DNA of 64,000 nucleotides, taken from Candidatus Eiseniibacteriota bacterium (lineage in GTDB: Bacteria; Eisenbacteria; RBG-16-71-46). Under the pieces are notes generated by a model. It had not been told where the DNA came from. It ran no database searches and saw only the letters and a list, made by a program, of their open reading frames with translations. Location of the stretch: NCBI GenBank assembly GCA_038231135.1, contig JBBRLX010000004.1:154064-218063 (forward strand), given 5' to 3'. Numbering within the stretch: the first letter of the stretch is position 1; each line of letters opens with the position of its first letter. This document shows positions 10,670 through 23,023 of this stretch, in pieces. A program made the position numbers and the translations under genes.

Positions 10670-13072
10670 TCACTCGCGCGCGCGCGGCCGTGGAATCGGA
10701 ACGGCGGCGGCGCCCAGGCGCAGCGCGTCGGCGTGCCCGCGCCAGTCGAGCTCGCGGACGCCGTCGGGACCGAGCTCGAGCCAGATCGCGCCGTCGCGAT
10801 CGGTGCGCCGGACGATCGCCTGCACGGCCGCCAGCCGCGCGAGCACCTCGGGGTGCGGATGGCCGAAGTGATTCCAGCGTCCGCACGACACCAGCGCCCA
10901 GCGCGGCCGTGCCGCGGCGAGCAGTGCCGTGCCCGTCGAGCTGCGGGAGCCGTGATGCGCGACTTCGATCACGGCGGCGCGCGGTGCGTCGAGCAGCGCC
11001 TCCGCGGTGCTGTCGACGTCCGCGAGCAGCAGCGCGCGCGTGGTATCGCACGCGAGCACCAGCACGACCGCCGCATGATTATCGCTCCACCCCCGCGCCT
11101 GCCGCACCGCTGCGGGCGGCCACAGCACGCGGAGTCCGGGCGCCAGCGAGTCCCCGCGCGCCAGCGCCGCAGCATGGAACCGCGGGCCCGGCCCCGGCGC
11201 ATCCGCGCGCGGCGGCGGCGCCCAGCGCGCACGCACCCTCATGCCCCGCAGCACCGCGGCTGCGCCGCCGGTATGGTCGGAGTCGTCGTGCGACAGCACG
11301 AGACCGTTCAGCTCGCGCACGCCCGCCCATCTCAAGAACGGCAGCACGAACCGCTCACCGGCGTCGGTGTGCGGCGAGCGCGGCCCCGCGTCCACCAGCC
11401 ACCAGCCGTCGCGGGTCGCGACTCCGATCGCGGTGCCCTGGCCGACGTCGAGTGTCACGAGCCAGGCGTGATCCCCGGGCGGCAGGCACGGCCCGCCGGA
11501 CCCGGCGCACGCCAGCGCCGCGACCTCGAACGCGATCCCCGCCGCCGCGCTCGCGGCCCGCCACGGCTCGCGGTCCGAACCGGGGGCGCGCCGGACGCGG
11601 CGCGGCAGCAGCGCCGCCATGATCAGCACGGCGCCGCATGCGGCCGCGATCGGCACCGCCGGGTCCGAGCCGGTGGCGCGCGCCGCGCCCGGCAGCCGCG
11701 CACCCCATTCGGTCACGCACCGCAGCGCGGTCTCGAGCGCTTCGCACGCCGCGAACACCCAGCGCGCGGTGCCGGGGACGGCCAGCTCCCACACCACCCC
11801 GAGCCACGCGCCCGCGAGCAGCAGGCCCGAGACCGGGACCGCGAGCAGGTTCACGAGCGGCGAGATCCACGACACCGAGTGCATGCGCGCGACCAGCAGC
11901 GGCAGCGCGGTGAGCTGGGCGCTCGCCGTCGGAAGCACCGGCTCGAGCGCCCGGCGCCAGCGCCCGGCGCGGTCCGCCAGCGCCGCGCCGACGGTCAGCA
12001 ATCCCAGGGTCGCGGCGCACGATAGCTGGAAGCCGAGGTCCCACGCCCAGCCGGGGGCGATGACGAGCCCCAGCACCGCGCTCGCCGCCAGCGCCTGCAC
12101 CGGATCGAGCGGCCGGCGTGCCGCCACGGCGCCGGCGGCGACCAACTCGGTCGCCACCGCCCGCGCGAGCGACGGCAGCGGCCCCGCGAGCACCGCGTAG
12201 AACACGGCACAGCAGGCGCCGGCCACCGCGCGCGCCGCCACGCCCCCGCCGGCCGCCGCGACGAGCCCGCGCGCGACGCCCGCCATCCATGTCACGTGCA
12301 GTCCCGACAGTGCGAGCAGGTGAACGACACCCGCCGCGCGGAACGCCGCGTCCAGTTCGGAGTCGAGCGCGCTGCGGTCGCCGGTGACGAGCGGCGTCAC
12401 GATCTCGCGCGCGGCCGGGGTGAGCCGGACGGCGTAGACCCGCTCGATCGCGCGCCGCCACCGCGCCGCGGTCGCGCGCGGCCAGCCGGCCGAGTCGACC
12501 ACGGTCGTGGTCAGCGCGCGGCCCCACCCCGCGAGCGCACCCGCGGTCGCGCTCTGGCGCGGATCGATGCCGCCCGGGTTGCGCGGCGCGCCGGGGGCCT
12601 CGAGGCGCACCCACGCCGAGATGACATCGCCCCATTCCGCGTCGGACCCCGCCGGCAGCGACAACCGCAGTCGCGTGCCCTGGACGAGCGCGGGCCGGCT
12701 GGCGAGCACCACCGCGGTGGCGGACGGCGTCCCGGACTCGCGCAGCGGAGGATCGACGATGCGGGCGGTGACGCGATGGAGACCGTCGCCGAACGCGCGG
12801 CGCTGGTGGACCAGCACCGCCTCGTGCGCGGCGAGCCGTGCACAGCCGGCCGTCGCGAGCGCCGCGAGCAGCGCGACGTCCGCGACCCGCCCCAGGGCCC
12901 GTTGCGCGCCCGGGCCGCGCAGCCGGGAACCCAGCGCCGCGGCGCCGCAGGCGTGCAGCAGCGCCAGCGCGGCGATCGCGGTCCAGGCTGCCGGGCGATC
13001 CGCACACGGCAGACCGCACAGCATGCCCGCCCATATCGCGATGACGACTGCCACGGCCGTGCGCGCACCCAT
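10670..13072 (-). CDS. comEC: DNA uptake competence protein ComEC/Rec2
   Basis: HLLALSGLHV, GFQLS, LDVGQG, SHDDSDHTGG, HHGS, NHFGHPH. The start is approximate. Confidence 0.92.
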   Translation of the reverse strand: MGARTAVAVVIAIWAGMLCGLPCADRPAAWTAIAALALLHACGAAALGSRLRGPGAQRALGRVADVALLAALATAGCARLAAHEAVLVHQRRAFGDGLHRVTARIVDPPLRESGTPSATAVVLASRPALVQGTRLRLSLPAGSDAEWGDVISAWVRLEAPGAPRNPGGIDPRQSATAGALAGWGRALTTTVVDSAGWPRATAARWRRAIERVYAVRLTPAAREIVTPLVTGDRSALDSELDAAFRAAGVVHLLALSGLHVTWMAGVARGLVAAAGGGVAARAVAGACCAVFYAVLAGPLPSLARAVATELVAAGAVAARRPLDPVQALAASAVLGLVIAPGWAWDLGFQLSCAATLGLLTVGAALADRAGRWRRALEPVLPTASAQLTALPLLVARMHSVSWISPLVNLLAVPVSGLLLAGAWLGVVWELAVPGTARWVFAACEALETALRCVTEWGARLPGAARATGSDPAVPIAAACGAVLIMAALLPRRVRRAPGSDREPWRAASAAAGIAFEVAALACAGSGGPCLPPGDHAWLVTLDVGQGTAIGVATRDGWWLVDAGPRSPHTDAGERFVLPFLRWAGVRELNGLVLSHDDSDHTGGAAAVLRGMRVRARWAPPPRADAPGPGPRFHAAALARGDSLAPGLRVLWPPAAVRQARGWSDNHAAVVLVLACDTTRALLLADVDSTAEALLDAPRAAVIEVAHHGSRSSTGTALLAAARPRWALVSCGRWNHFGHPHPEVLARLAAVQAIVRRTDRDGAIWLELGPDGVRELDWRGHADALRLGAAAVPIPRPRARE

Positions 13073-13146
13073 GCCCGCGCCCGGCGGAAGAACCGTGCCA
13101 GCGGCCGCACTCCCGCCAGTCACTTCGTGCGGCGCCGGCGGGTCGT

Positions 13147-15510
<2,364 letters not shown>

Positions 15511-15605
15511 CGGAATCGCCCCCCTTGAAAGCCCATGAAGTGCAGGGACGTGAGGTGCCCCTGTTGTCATCGAATCGTGCAACCCGAACGGCGAGATTGA
15601 GTTGG

Positions 15606-15620
15606 TGGCACGTGACTTGC
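15606..15620 (+). promoter_or_regulatory. Sigma54 (-24/-12) promoter upstream of mltD
   Basis: Perfect TGGCAC-N5-TTGC about 170 nt upstream of the LysM transglycosylase. Confidence 0.7.
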
Positions 15621-15793
15621 CCGGTAGACTCGCCGGAACCGCCCTCGGGTCCTAACCCGTGACAGGTGGGCCAGCGCTCGTCCGGTTTCTCGGGCGACCT
15701 CTCAAATGGCCATTGCATCGTGCATGCCGGGTCAGTACGTTTTGGGGAAGCCTCGTCTCCTTGGGGCTCCTCCCACCATGGAGAAACGAGCAC

Positions 15794-17890
15794 ATGCCGA
15801 ACTTCCGACCGCGGCTCATGCTGTTCGCGGTCCTGCTGTGCGCCGTGGTGACCTCCCCCGCCCGTGCAGCCGATCCGCCGGCACCTGCCGTAACCGCAGC
15901 GGCCCCTGATTCTTCCGGGGCCTGGTCTGCGGCACTCGAGAACACCCGCGCGGCCTATCAGGCCGGCTGGACCAGCCGCCAGCAGGGACGATTCAATGAG
16001 GCGGTGGGTATTTGTGACCGCACGCTCGCCCGGCTGACCGAAATGCTCGCGCTCGACCCCGATATGGGTGTCCGCCGCGAGCTTACGGATCTCCAGGCCC
16101 GGATCTCGGGCCTGCGCGATGCCGCCCACAAGGACTTGGAGACAGCGGCGACGGCGAAGGCCACCGGGAACGAACCCGACGAGAAGACGCTCAACACGCC
16201 GGCCATGGAAGCGATCGACCCCCAGTGGAACGACCAGGTCGAGCACTGGGTCGAGTTCTTCACCGGGGCGGGCCGGTCGACATTCGAGCGCTGGCTCAAG
16301 CGTTCCGGCCGCTACATGGGACTGTTCCGCACCGTGCTGCAGCGGGAAGGCCTGCCGCCGGATCTCGTCCACCTGGTGTTCGTCGAGAGCGGCTTCAACG
16401 TGAACGCGCGCTCGGTGTCCGCGGCGGTGGGTCCGTGGCAGTTCCTGCGCGGTACGGGCAAGCTGTTCGGGCTCACGGTCAATCAGTGGACGGACGAGCG
16501 CCGCGATCCGGAGAAGTCGACGGTGGCGGCGGCGCGCTACCTCAAGCATCTGTACGAGATGTTCGGTGACTGGCCGCTGGCGCTGGCGTCCTACAACGCC
16601 GGCGAGGGCACGGTCATGCGTGCCATCAAAAAGCAGGGCACGACAAACTACTGGGACCTGCGGCTGCCCCGCCAGACCGAGGACTACGTCCCGCAGTTCA
16701 TGGCGTGTCTCGCGATTGCGCGCGATCCGGGCAAGTACGGGTTCGACACCGTGCCGCTCGACGATCCGATGGAGTTCGACGAGATCGCGTTCAAGGGTGC
16801 GGTCGATCTGCGCGCCATCGCGAAGATGGCCGACTGCGACGTCGAGCAGCTCAAGGAGCTGAACCCCGCGGTGCTGCGTCACGCGGCCACCGGCCGTGAC
16901 GGCATCACCACGCTGCGCGTGCCGCAGGGCAAGGGCGCTGCGATCCTCGCCCGCCTCGAGGATGGCGCGCGCATGCCGGCCGTGGATCTCACGCTCAAGC
17001 ACAAGGTCGGACGCGGCGAGACGCTGCAGAAGATCGCCGACACCTATCACGTCAGCGCACGGCGGCTCGCGCTGGCGAACGGCATCGGCCGGCGCCATCC
17101 GCTCCGTCGCGGCATGTCGGTCACGATCCCGGCCAGCCTCGAAGCCCCGGCCCCCGCGATCCTCGAGGCCGGCGATCCGCGGGCCTCGACCGGCTACGTG
17201 CCGGTGCGCAACCTCCGGCCGCCGGTTTCGCTCGGCGGCCAGTCCAACGCCGCGGGCCGCACCGTGGTCACCGTGAGGCGCGGCGAGACGCTGGCGGACA
17301 TCGCCGATCGTTACCATGTGAGCGTGGACGACATTCGCAACTGGAACCATCTACGGACGTCACGGCTCCGCCACGGCACGCGGCTCAAGCTGCGCCTCGG
17401 GGCCGGTCCCGACGCGGCGGGCTCGCCCGCGAACGGGGCATCGCCGGCCGATCCTGCCGGCGCCGTGTCGACGAAGTCGGACGCGAAGGCGGACGACATT
17501 GCCAGGGCCGGCGACAAGTCGGATGCGAAGGCAGCGGGCCGTGCGGACGCGCTCGCCGCCAACTCGGACCCTGCGGGCGACGCGGCATCGGCCGCGAACA
17601 CGACCGACGATGGCGATGCGAACGCCGCGTCGTCCACGCGCGCGATCCCGGCGAAACACGCCACCCGGACCCACGGCAGGCACACGGCCACACGTCATGG
17701 CACCACGGCGACGGCCACACACGCGGCCGGCTCACGGTCCGCGGCGCGCACTGTGGTCGTACGGCACGGCGACACGCTGTCCGCGATCGCCGGCCGCAAC
17801 GGCGTCACGATCGCCCAGCTCCGCCGCGCCAACGACCTGCGCTCGGACCGCGTGCACTCGGGTCAGCGACTCAAGATCCCGCAGGGCTGA
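15794..17890 (+). CDS. mltD: MltD-like lytic transglycosylase with LysM domains
   Basis: Signal peptide; VESGF, AVGPWQF, LASYNAGEG; LysM repeats (HKVGRGETL, VRRGETL, VRHGDTL). Confidence 0.88.
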   Translation: MPNFRPRLMLFAVLLCAVVTSPARAADPPAPAVTAAAPDSSGAWSAALENTRAAYQAGWTSRQQGRFNEAVGICDRTLARLTEMLALDPDMGVRRELTDLQARISGLRDAAHKDLETAATAKATGNEPDEKTLNTPAMEAIDPQWNDQVEHWVEFFTGAGRSTFERWLKRSGRYMGLFRTVLQREGLPPDLVHLVFVESGFNVNARSVSAAVGPWQFLRGTGKLFGLTVNQWTDERRDPEKSTVAAARYLKHLYEMFGDWPLALASYNAGEGTVMRAIKKQGTTNYWDLRLPRQTEDYVPQFMACLAIARDPGKYGFDTVPLDDPMEFDEIAFKGAVDLRAIAKMADCDVEQLKELNPAVLRHAATGRDGITTLRVPQGKGAAILARLEDGARMPAVDLTLKHKVGRGETLQKIADTYHVSARRLALANGIGRRHPLRRGMSVTIPASLEAPAPAILEAGDPRASTGYVPVRNLRPPVSLGGQSNAAGRTVVTVRRGETLADIADRYHVSVDDIRNWNHLRTSRLRHGTRLKLRLGAGPDAAGSPANGASPADPAGAVSTKSDAKADDIARAGDKSDAKAAGRADALAANSDPAGDAASAANTTDDGDANAASSTRAIPAKHATRTHGRHTATRHGTTATATHAAGSRSAARTVVVRHGDTLSAIAGRNGVTIAQLRRANDLRSDRVHSGQRLKIPQG

Positions 17891-17968
17891 TCGTCGGGTG
17901 CGGGACGAGTGTCCCGAACCTGTTCACGTCCGCGGCGAGCCATCGCGGCCGGACACCGAAACCCGGCC

Positions 17969-19246
17969 TCAGTGCATCGATTCCGGACCGTCGACGACCC
18001 CGCCCGAGGGCACGTCGCCGACGAAGAACGCGCGCGTGACGTAGGCGCCGATCCGCGCGTTGCGCCCGACCGTGATGCCCTCCGGCAGGTGCGCCCCCTT
18101 CCCCACGACCGTGAGGCCGCTCGATAGATGCTCGGGGCAGGCGCGATTGGGCGACAGGTCGTCGCCGAACCCCAGGCGCACCCCCTCGCCGACCTCGACC
18201 AGCTTGTCGACGATGACCCGATCGAGCACGGCGCCGCGTCCGAGCACCGTGTCCTGCATGACGATGCTGTCGCGCACCACGCCGTCCTTCGGCACCGTCA
18301 CTCCCGGGAACAGCACCGAGCGCACGACTTCGCCCGCGATCCGGCAGCCGTTCGCGATCAGGCTCTGCTCCACGTGACTGCCGGCTTCGAATCGCACCGG
18401 CGGCCGGTCGGCGCTCTGCGTGTGCACCACCCATCCCGGGCGCGCGAGGTCGATCGGCGGCTGCTCCGCCAGGAATGCGCGATTCGCCTCGTAGTAGGAA
18501 TCGAGCGTGCCCACGTCCTGCCAGTAGTCCTCGAACCGGTACGCGTAGACCTCGTCGCCCCGCTGCACCAGCCGCGGAATCACGTTCTTGCCGAAGTCGT
18601 GGCTCGAATCCGCGATCGCCGCGTCCTCGAGCAGCCAGCGGATGAGCCAGTCACGGTCGAACAGGTAGACGCCCATCGATGCCAGCCGCGAACGCGTATG
18701 CTGCGGCTTCTCCTCGAACCCCACCACCCGGTCGCTCGCGTCGGTGGTGAGGATGCCGAACTGATTCGTGAGTTGCGCGGGAACCTCGGTGACCGCCATC
18801 GTCACGTGCGCGCCGTGCGCCACGTGGAACCGGTAGAGCTCGTTGTAGTCCATGGTGTAGATGTGGTCGCCCGACAGCACCAGCACGTGGTCCACGCGGC
18901 GGCGCCGCAGGTGCACCAGGTTCTGATAGATCGCGTCGGCGGTGCCCTGGTACCAGTCGCTGTCGACCGCGCCGAGCGACGGCTGCAGGATCTGGACCCC
19001 GCCGTGGGTCCGGTCGAGATCCCACGGCCGGCCGGTGCCGATGTGACGATTCAGCGACGTCGGGCGGTACTGGGTGAGCACGCCGACGTCGAAGATCCCG
19101 GAGTTCACGCAGTTCGACAGCGTGAAGTCGATGATCCGGTACTTGCCGGCGAACGGCACCGCGGGTTTCGCGCGGCGCTCGGACAGCAGGCACAGCCGGC
19201 TGCCGACGCCGCCGGCGAGAATGAACGCGTAGCGCGACCCCGTCAT
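17969..19246 (-). CDS. glgC: Glucose-1-phosphate adenylyltransferase
   Basis: [55 protein letters not shown]. Confidence 0.93.
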   Translation of the reverse strand: MTGSRYAFILAGGVGSRLCLLSERRAKPAVPFAGKYRIIDFTLSNCVNSGIFDVGVLTQYRPTSLNRHIGTGRPWDLDRTHGGVQILQPSLGAVDSDWYQGTADAIYQNLVHLRRRRVDHVLVLSGDHIYTMDYNELYRFHVAHGAHVTMAVTEVPAQLTNQFGILTTDASDRVVGFEEKPQHTRSRLASMGVYLFDRDWLIRWLLEDAAIADSSHDFGKNVIPRLVQRGDEVYAYRFEDYWQDVGTLDSYYEANRAFLAEQPPIDLARPGWVVHTQSADRPPVRFEAGSHVEQSLIANGCRIAGEVVRSVLFPGVTVPKDGVVRDSIVMQDTVLGRGAVLDRVIVDKLVEVGEGVRLGFGDDLSPNRACPEHLSSGLTVVGKGAHLPEGITVGRNARIGAYVTRAFFVGDVPSGGVVDGPESMH

Positions 19247-20502
19247 CCGGGCTCCCGGAACCACGAGCGACTCGGCGTATGCGTACCCGCTGGCAGCGCC
19301 GTGGTCTCGAAGTCCGCGGCACCGGCGCCGATGCCGATCACCGAAGCGCGGCCGATCGAGGTGCCGGCGGGGATTTGGGCGTCCTTGCCGACGAGCGCCA
19401 GGCCCTCGAGCCACGCATGCTCGGGCCCCGCCGGCACGCCGCCCGCCCCCACAAGCGCTCCGGCTCCGACCCGCACGTACTTGTCGAGGATCGCGCGATC
19501 GACGATGGCCGAGCGCTCCACCGTGGAGTCCGCCATCACGACCGAGTCGGTCACCGTCGCACCCGGCTCCACCGTCACGCCCGGGAACAGCACCGACCGG
19601 CTCACCCGGCCCGCGACCTGGCAGCCGTTCGCGATCAGGCTGTCGAGGATCTCGGCGCCGTGCAGTACGCGCACCGGGGGACGCTCCTCGTCGCGGGTCA
19701 GGATTGGCCAGCGCGTGTCGTGCAGCACCAGCCGCGGCTCGGCGGCGAGCAGTTCCATGCTGGCGCGATAGTAGGAGCTCACGGTTCCGACGTCCTCCCA
19801 GTAGCCCGAGAACTCGTGCGCCTGAACATGTGCGCCGTTCTGGAGCAACGGCCGCACCACGTCGAGCACGAGGTCCACAGGGCGCGCCCGCAGCAGTTCG
19901 CCCAGCACCTCGTATTCGAACACATAGATGCCCATCGAGGCGTGGGGGGTGATCGTGCGCTCCGGTTTCTCGACCACGTCGATCACGCGCCCGTTGCGAT
20001 CGATCGTCACCATGCCGAAGCGCCGCGAGTCCTCGAGCGGAACGCGGGTGACCGCCATCGTCAGGTCGGCGCCGCGGTCGCGATGCGTCTGGAGCAGCGC
20101 CCGGTAGTTCATGCGGTACACGGTATCGCCCGACAGCACGATCACGCGTTCCGGACGCATCTCCTCGATCTCGTCCCAGTTCTGCGCGATGGCGTCGGCG
20201 GTGCCGCGATACCAGCCGGACTCGCCGCGCGTCTGGTAGGGCCGCAGCACGAGGATGCCGCCGGTGCGGCGATCGAGATCCCACGGCCGGCCGGCGCCGA
20301 CGTGGTCGTGCAGCGAGGTCGGCACGTGCTGGGTGACGAGGCCGACCCGATCGATGCCCGAGTGGAAGCAGTTGCTGAGCACGAAGTCGACGATGCGGTA
20401 CTTCCCGCCGAACGGCACCGCACTCACCGCACGCTCCGCGGACAGCACGCTCAGGTGCTCGCCTCCACCTCCCGACAGGACGAGCGCCATGACCTCGGAC
20501 AC
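19243..20502 (-). CDS. ADP-glucose pyrophosphorylase paralog (GlgD-like subunit)
   Basis: Full-length GlgC homolog with degenerate N-terminal motifs GGGGEHL and RAVSAVPFGG; stop overlaps the glgC start. Confidence 0.85.
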   Translation of the reverse strand: MSEVMALVLSGGGGEHLSVLSAERAVSAVPFGGKYRIVDFVLSNCFHSGIDRVGLVTQHVPTSLHDHVGAGRPWDLDRRTGGILVLRPYQTRGESGWYRGTADAIAQNWDEIEEMRPERVIVLSGDTVYRMNYRALLQTHRDRGADLTMAVTRVPLEDSRRFGMVTIDRNGRVIDVVEKPERTITPHASMGIYVFEYEVLGELLRARPVDLVLDVVRPLLQNGAHVQAHEFSGYWEDVGTVSSYYRASMELLAAEPRLVLHDTRWPILTRDEERPPVRVLHGAEILDSLIANGCQVAGRVSRSVLFPGVTVEPGATVTDSVVMADSTVERSAIVDRAILDKYVRVGAGALVGAGGVPAGPEHAWLEGLALVGKDAQIPAGTSIGRASVIGIGAGAADFETTALPAGTHTPSRSWFREPG

Positions 20503-20588
20503 CGCAGAACCCTCGCATTCCCGGAGTGACACCCATGGCTGGAATGCACGGCTGCGAACCCGGTACGGGGTGGCCGTCGCGCTCCGGC

Positions 20589-20618
20589 ACACTAGGGAGG
20601 CGGGCGGAGGCGAGTCAA
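20589..20618 (-). promoter_or_regulatory. Putative sigma70 promoter of the glg pair
   Basis: TTGACT-N18-TAGTGT. Confidence 0.6.
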
Positions 20619-20748
20619 GACGCCGGATTCACGGGTTCCGGGCGGCGTTCCGGGAAGGGATGCGACGTTCGTTCGTCGGCGATTCCGCTGCGGCGGTCAT
20701 GCGGAGCCCGCGTTTCGTGGCTACCCCCGATCTCATGCGTTGCGGGTG

Positions 20749-20763
20749 TGGCACGATTGTCGC
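20749..20763 (+). promoter_or_regulatory. Sigma54-like promoter
   Basis: TGGCAC-GATTG-TCGC in an intergenic region, followed by GGGAGGA and a short ORF. Confidence 0.55.
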
Positions 20764-20814
20764 AGTCATCGGTTCCGGTCGCGATCGATCCCCGGGAGGA
20801 CGCCCTCGCGCACT

Positions 20815-20949
20815 TTGCGTCAAGAGCCGCGGCCCGGTGGATCCCGCGCTGGAGTAGGCCGCGGCGCGGGTCACCGTGCAGCGTTCGGAGTCCCAGATCC
20901 CCCCACCCGCCATTCGAGCTGGGGAGCCGTGAAGAGCCTGTACCGCTAG
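20815..20949 (+). CDS. Small ORF or gene remnant ending in a SWGAVKSLYR motif
   Basis: TTG start 14 nt after GGGAGGA; 44 aa; C-terminus PTRHSSWGAVKSLYR* matches the NHL protein C-terminus at 49988. The start is uncertain. Confidence 0.5.
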   Translation: MRQEPRPGGSRAGVGRGAGHRAAFGVPDPPTRHSSWGAVKSLYR

Positions 20950-20967
20950 CAGGTCCGCAGAAGACAC

Positions 20968-21014
20968 CGAACCCCGGGTGCCGCCGAAGTCGTGCACTCG
21001 GGGTTCGTTGGTTT
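20968..21014 (+). terminator. Hairpin, probable (bidirectional) terminator
   Basis: CGAACCCCGGGTGC...GCACTCGGGGTTCG stem followed by TTGGTTT, between convergent genes. Confidence 0.6.
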
Positions 21015-21039
21015 GACTCCTGGCGAGTGTCTGCGGCGC

Positions 21040-22155
21040 TTACCAGCTTAGGCTTAGGGACACCAGGTGGGTGGTGTCGAGCTCCTGGTCGCCGGCGAAG
21101 TCGGGCGCGCTCCGGGCGAAGAACCGATTGAGCTGGGCGGCGTAGTCGGCGCCGAAGTGCTTGTAGCGCAGGCCCGCGCCGAACGCGAGGTCGCTGCCGG
21201 ACACCCCGGAGCGTAGCGCGAACGTGTTGTGGTACCAGTATTCGAGCCCGGTATGCAGGTCCCACGTCTGGCCGCCGGCACTGAGCTGGCTATCCAGCTT
21301 CCGACGCTCGAAGCCCCAGCCGAGGTCGACACCGAGCGTCAACGCGTGACCCGGAGCCGGAAAGAAATTGAATGCGGCGCCGGTGTCGATCGTGGGCACG
21401 ATCAGCTCGCGGGTGCCGTTGCTCCACGACAGGTACGTGGTCGTGAGGTCGTGGATCGTGGCGCCGAACGTGACCGCGTCACTCGGCATGTACAGCCCGC
21501 CCACATCGACGCCGGCGCCGAACGACGTCACGTGATCGCCGGGCAGCGTGTCCGGGATGCTCTGGTGGACGAACTTCACATTGCCGCCGAACGCCCATCG
21601 CGTGCCACGCTGATGCGCGAACGACACCAGCACCGCGGCGTCGCTGGCGCTGCTCATGTACAGGTCGTCCGGGCCGAGCAGCAGGCGCTCGCCCGGATCC
21701 CACACGCCGTTCCCCTGCCCGTTGCCGGGCGTGGTTGGGTCGTTGTCGGTGCCGAAGTCGAGGAAGTCGCGCCCCGCCACGAGTCCCCCCGGACGCGGGG
21801 TGATGGGAATATTGTCCGTAGACAGCCGGATCAGCGACACGCCGAGCGCCGAGCGCTTGGTCTTCTCGCCGCCGAGCGGCATCACCATGCTGAGGTAGTC
21901 GTGGTTCAGGAGATTGCCGAACTTCTCCTGGTGCTCGAACATCACTTCCTTGTAGGGCAGGTACACCATGCCGGCGGGATTCCAGTACGACGCGGTCGCG
22001 TCGTCGGAAATCGCGGAGAACGCGCCGCCGAGGCCGATGGCGCGCGGGCCGATCGGAATCTTGAGGAACTCACCCGCATATTTCGTGGCGAACGCGGGAA
22101 CGGCGGCGAGCAGCGCGGCGACGGACAGGAACAGCGCGAATCGAAACCGTGTCAT
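21040..22155 (-). CDS. PorV/PorQ-family outer membrane beta-barrel protein
   Basis: Signal peptide; FLKIPIGPRAIGLGGAF.AISDDATASYWNPAG signature; C-terminal HLVSLSLSW. Confidence 0.85.
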   Translation of the reverse strand: MTRFRFALFLSVAALLAAVPAFATKYAGEFLKIPIGPRAIGLGGAFSAISDDATASYWNPAGMVYLPYKEVMFEHQEKFGNLLNHDYLSMVMPLGGEKTKRSALGVSLIRLSTDNIPITPRPGGLVAGRDFLDFGTDNDPTTPGNGQGNGVWDPGERLLLGPDDLYMSSASDAAVLVSFAHQRGTRWAFGGNVKFVHQSIPDTLPGDHVTSFGAGVDVGGLYMPSDAVTFGATIHDLTTTYLSWSNGTRELIVPTIDTGAAFNFFPAPGHALTLGVDLGWGFERRKLDSQLSAGGQTWDLHTGLEYWYHNTFALRSGVSGSDLAFGAGLRYKHFGADYAAQLNRFFARSAPDFAGDQELDTTHLVSLSLSW

Positions 22156-22194
22156 GAGCCCTCGTTGCGGGGTCGGCCGGATCGGAACACGAAA

Positions 22195-22224
22195 AGCCTA
22201 GGAGCCGCTGCGATCAGATGTCAA
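22195..22224 (-). promoter_or_regulatory. Putative sigma70 promoter of the porV-like gene
   Basis: TTGACA-N18-TAGGCT. Confidence 0.65.
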
Positions 22225-22681
22225 CCCGCGTGGGCAGCGGACGACCATCGAGCAGTCCCGTTTCCGCCAGCGGCTGGGCGACGCGCCATTCGCCCCTCAC
22301 GTACAACACGTTCGTCATGACGTGCAACGAGCGCTCCTGTTCGCCACCCACCGGCTTGTAGTGCACTTCATAGGACACCACCACCTCGTTCTCGTCCACG
22401 GGAACGTACCGCAGTTGCTCGAGCCACAACGCATGCGTGTTGGGAAACGACCACAACATGCCCGGGAACGGCAGCATCTCGTCCGTCGCCACGGAGCACG
22501 CGGCGATCCGGTCGGGATCGTTGAGCTGGAGGCCCTCCCAGTAGGACGCCACCGCCGAACCCGGCGAACGCAACGACGGGTCGATCGAGCACCGCTCCCC
22601 CTGACCGAGCAGCGACAGCAGGGCGGCGAACATCACGAAGCAGCTGGCCCACGACGGGCCCGAGCGCTGACCGGGGCGCAC
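22214..22681 (-). CDS. Hypothetical exported protein (possible NTF2-like fold)
   Basis: Hydrophobic N-terminus, SPGSAVASYWE...GEWRV pattern, coding-like composition. The start is uncertain. Confidence 0.6.
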   Translation of the reverse strand: MRPGQRSGPSWASCFVMFAALLSLLGQGERCSIDPSLRSPGSAVASYWEGLQLNDPDRIAACSVATDEMLPFPGMLWSFPNTHALWLEQLRYVPVDENEVVVSYEVHYKPVGGEQERSLHVMTNVLYVRGEWRVAQPLAETGLLDGRPLPTRVDI

Positions 22682-23023
22682 GTGCTCGGCTTCCAGTTCT
22701 ACCCCGCACGAGGGGGATTGGATTCGCGGATCTGCTTCGGACTGCGGGCGGGGAGGAATCCGGTGGAGTTGCACGAGTGGGAATCGGACCTCTGAGTTGG
22801 GTGGTGCCGGTGGCCGGCCGAAGAACCCTGACGTCCGTGCGGTTGCGCCACAGCGTCGTCACTGGAGTCAGCGCAGGTTCCGTTCCCCATTCCGGCCCTG
22901 GGTGGTAACTGCCCCACACCTCGTGCGGTGCATCACGCATGGCGCGTAATGGACAGGGCGGAAACAGCTTGAGCGTGGAGGCCGGGGGCGAATGCGAACC
23001 GCATGCCCCGGTTACCAGGCGAA

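Noticed and set aside
10530..10670. ZTP or purine riboswitch upstream of the pur operon
   Set aside because: No recognisable consensus, and the promoter appears to abut the purN start codon, leaving no leader.
20805..20830. GACGCAAAG (minus strand) as part of a c-di-GMP-I riboswitch
   Set aside because: The GGCAAAC/GAAA P2 elements are absent, and it lies upstream of the predicted glg promoter.
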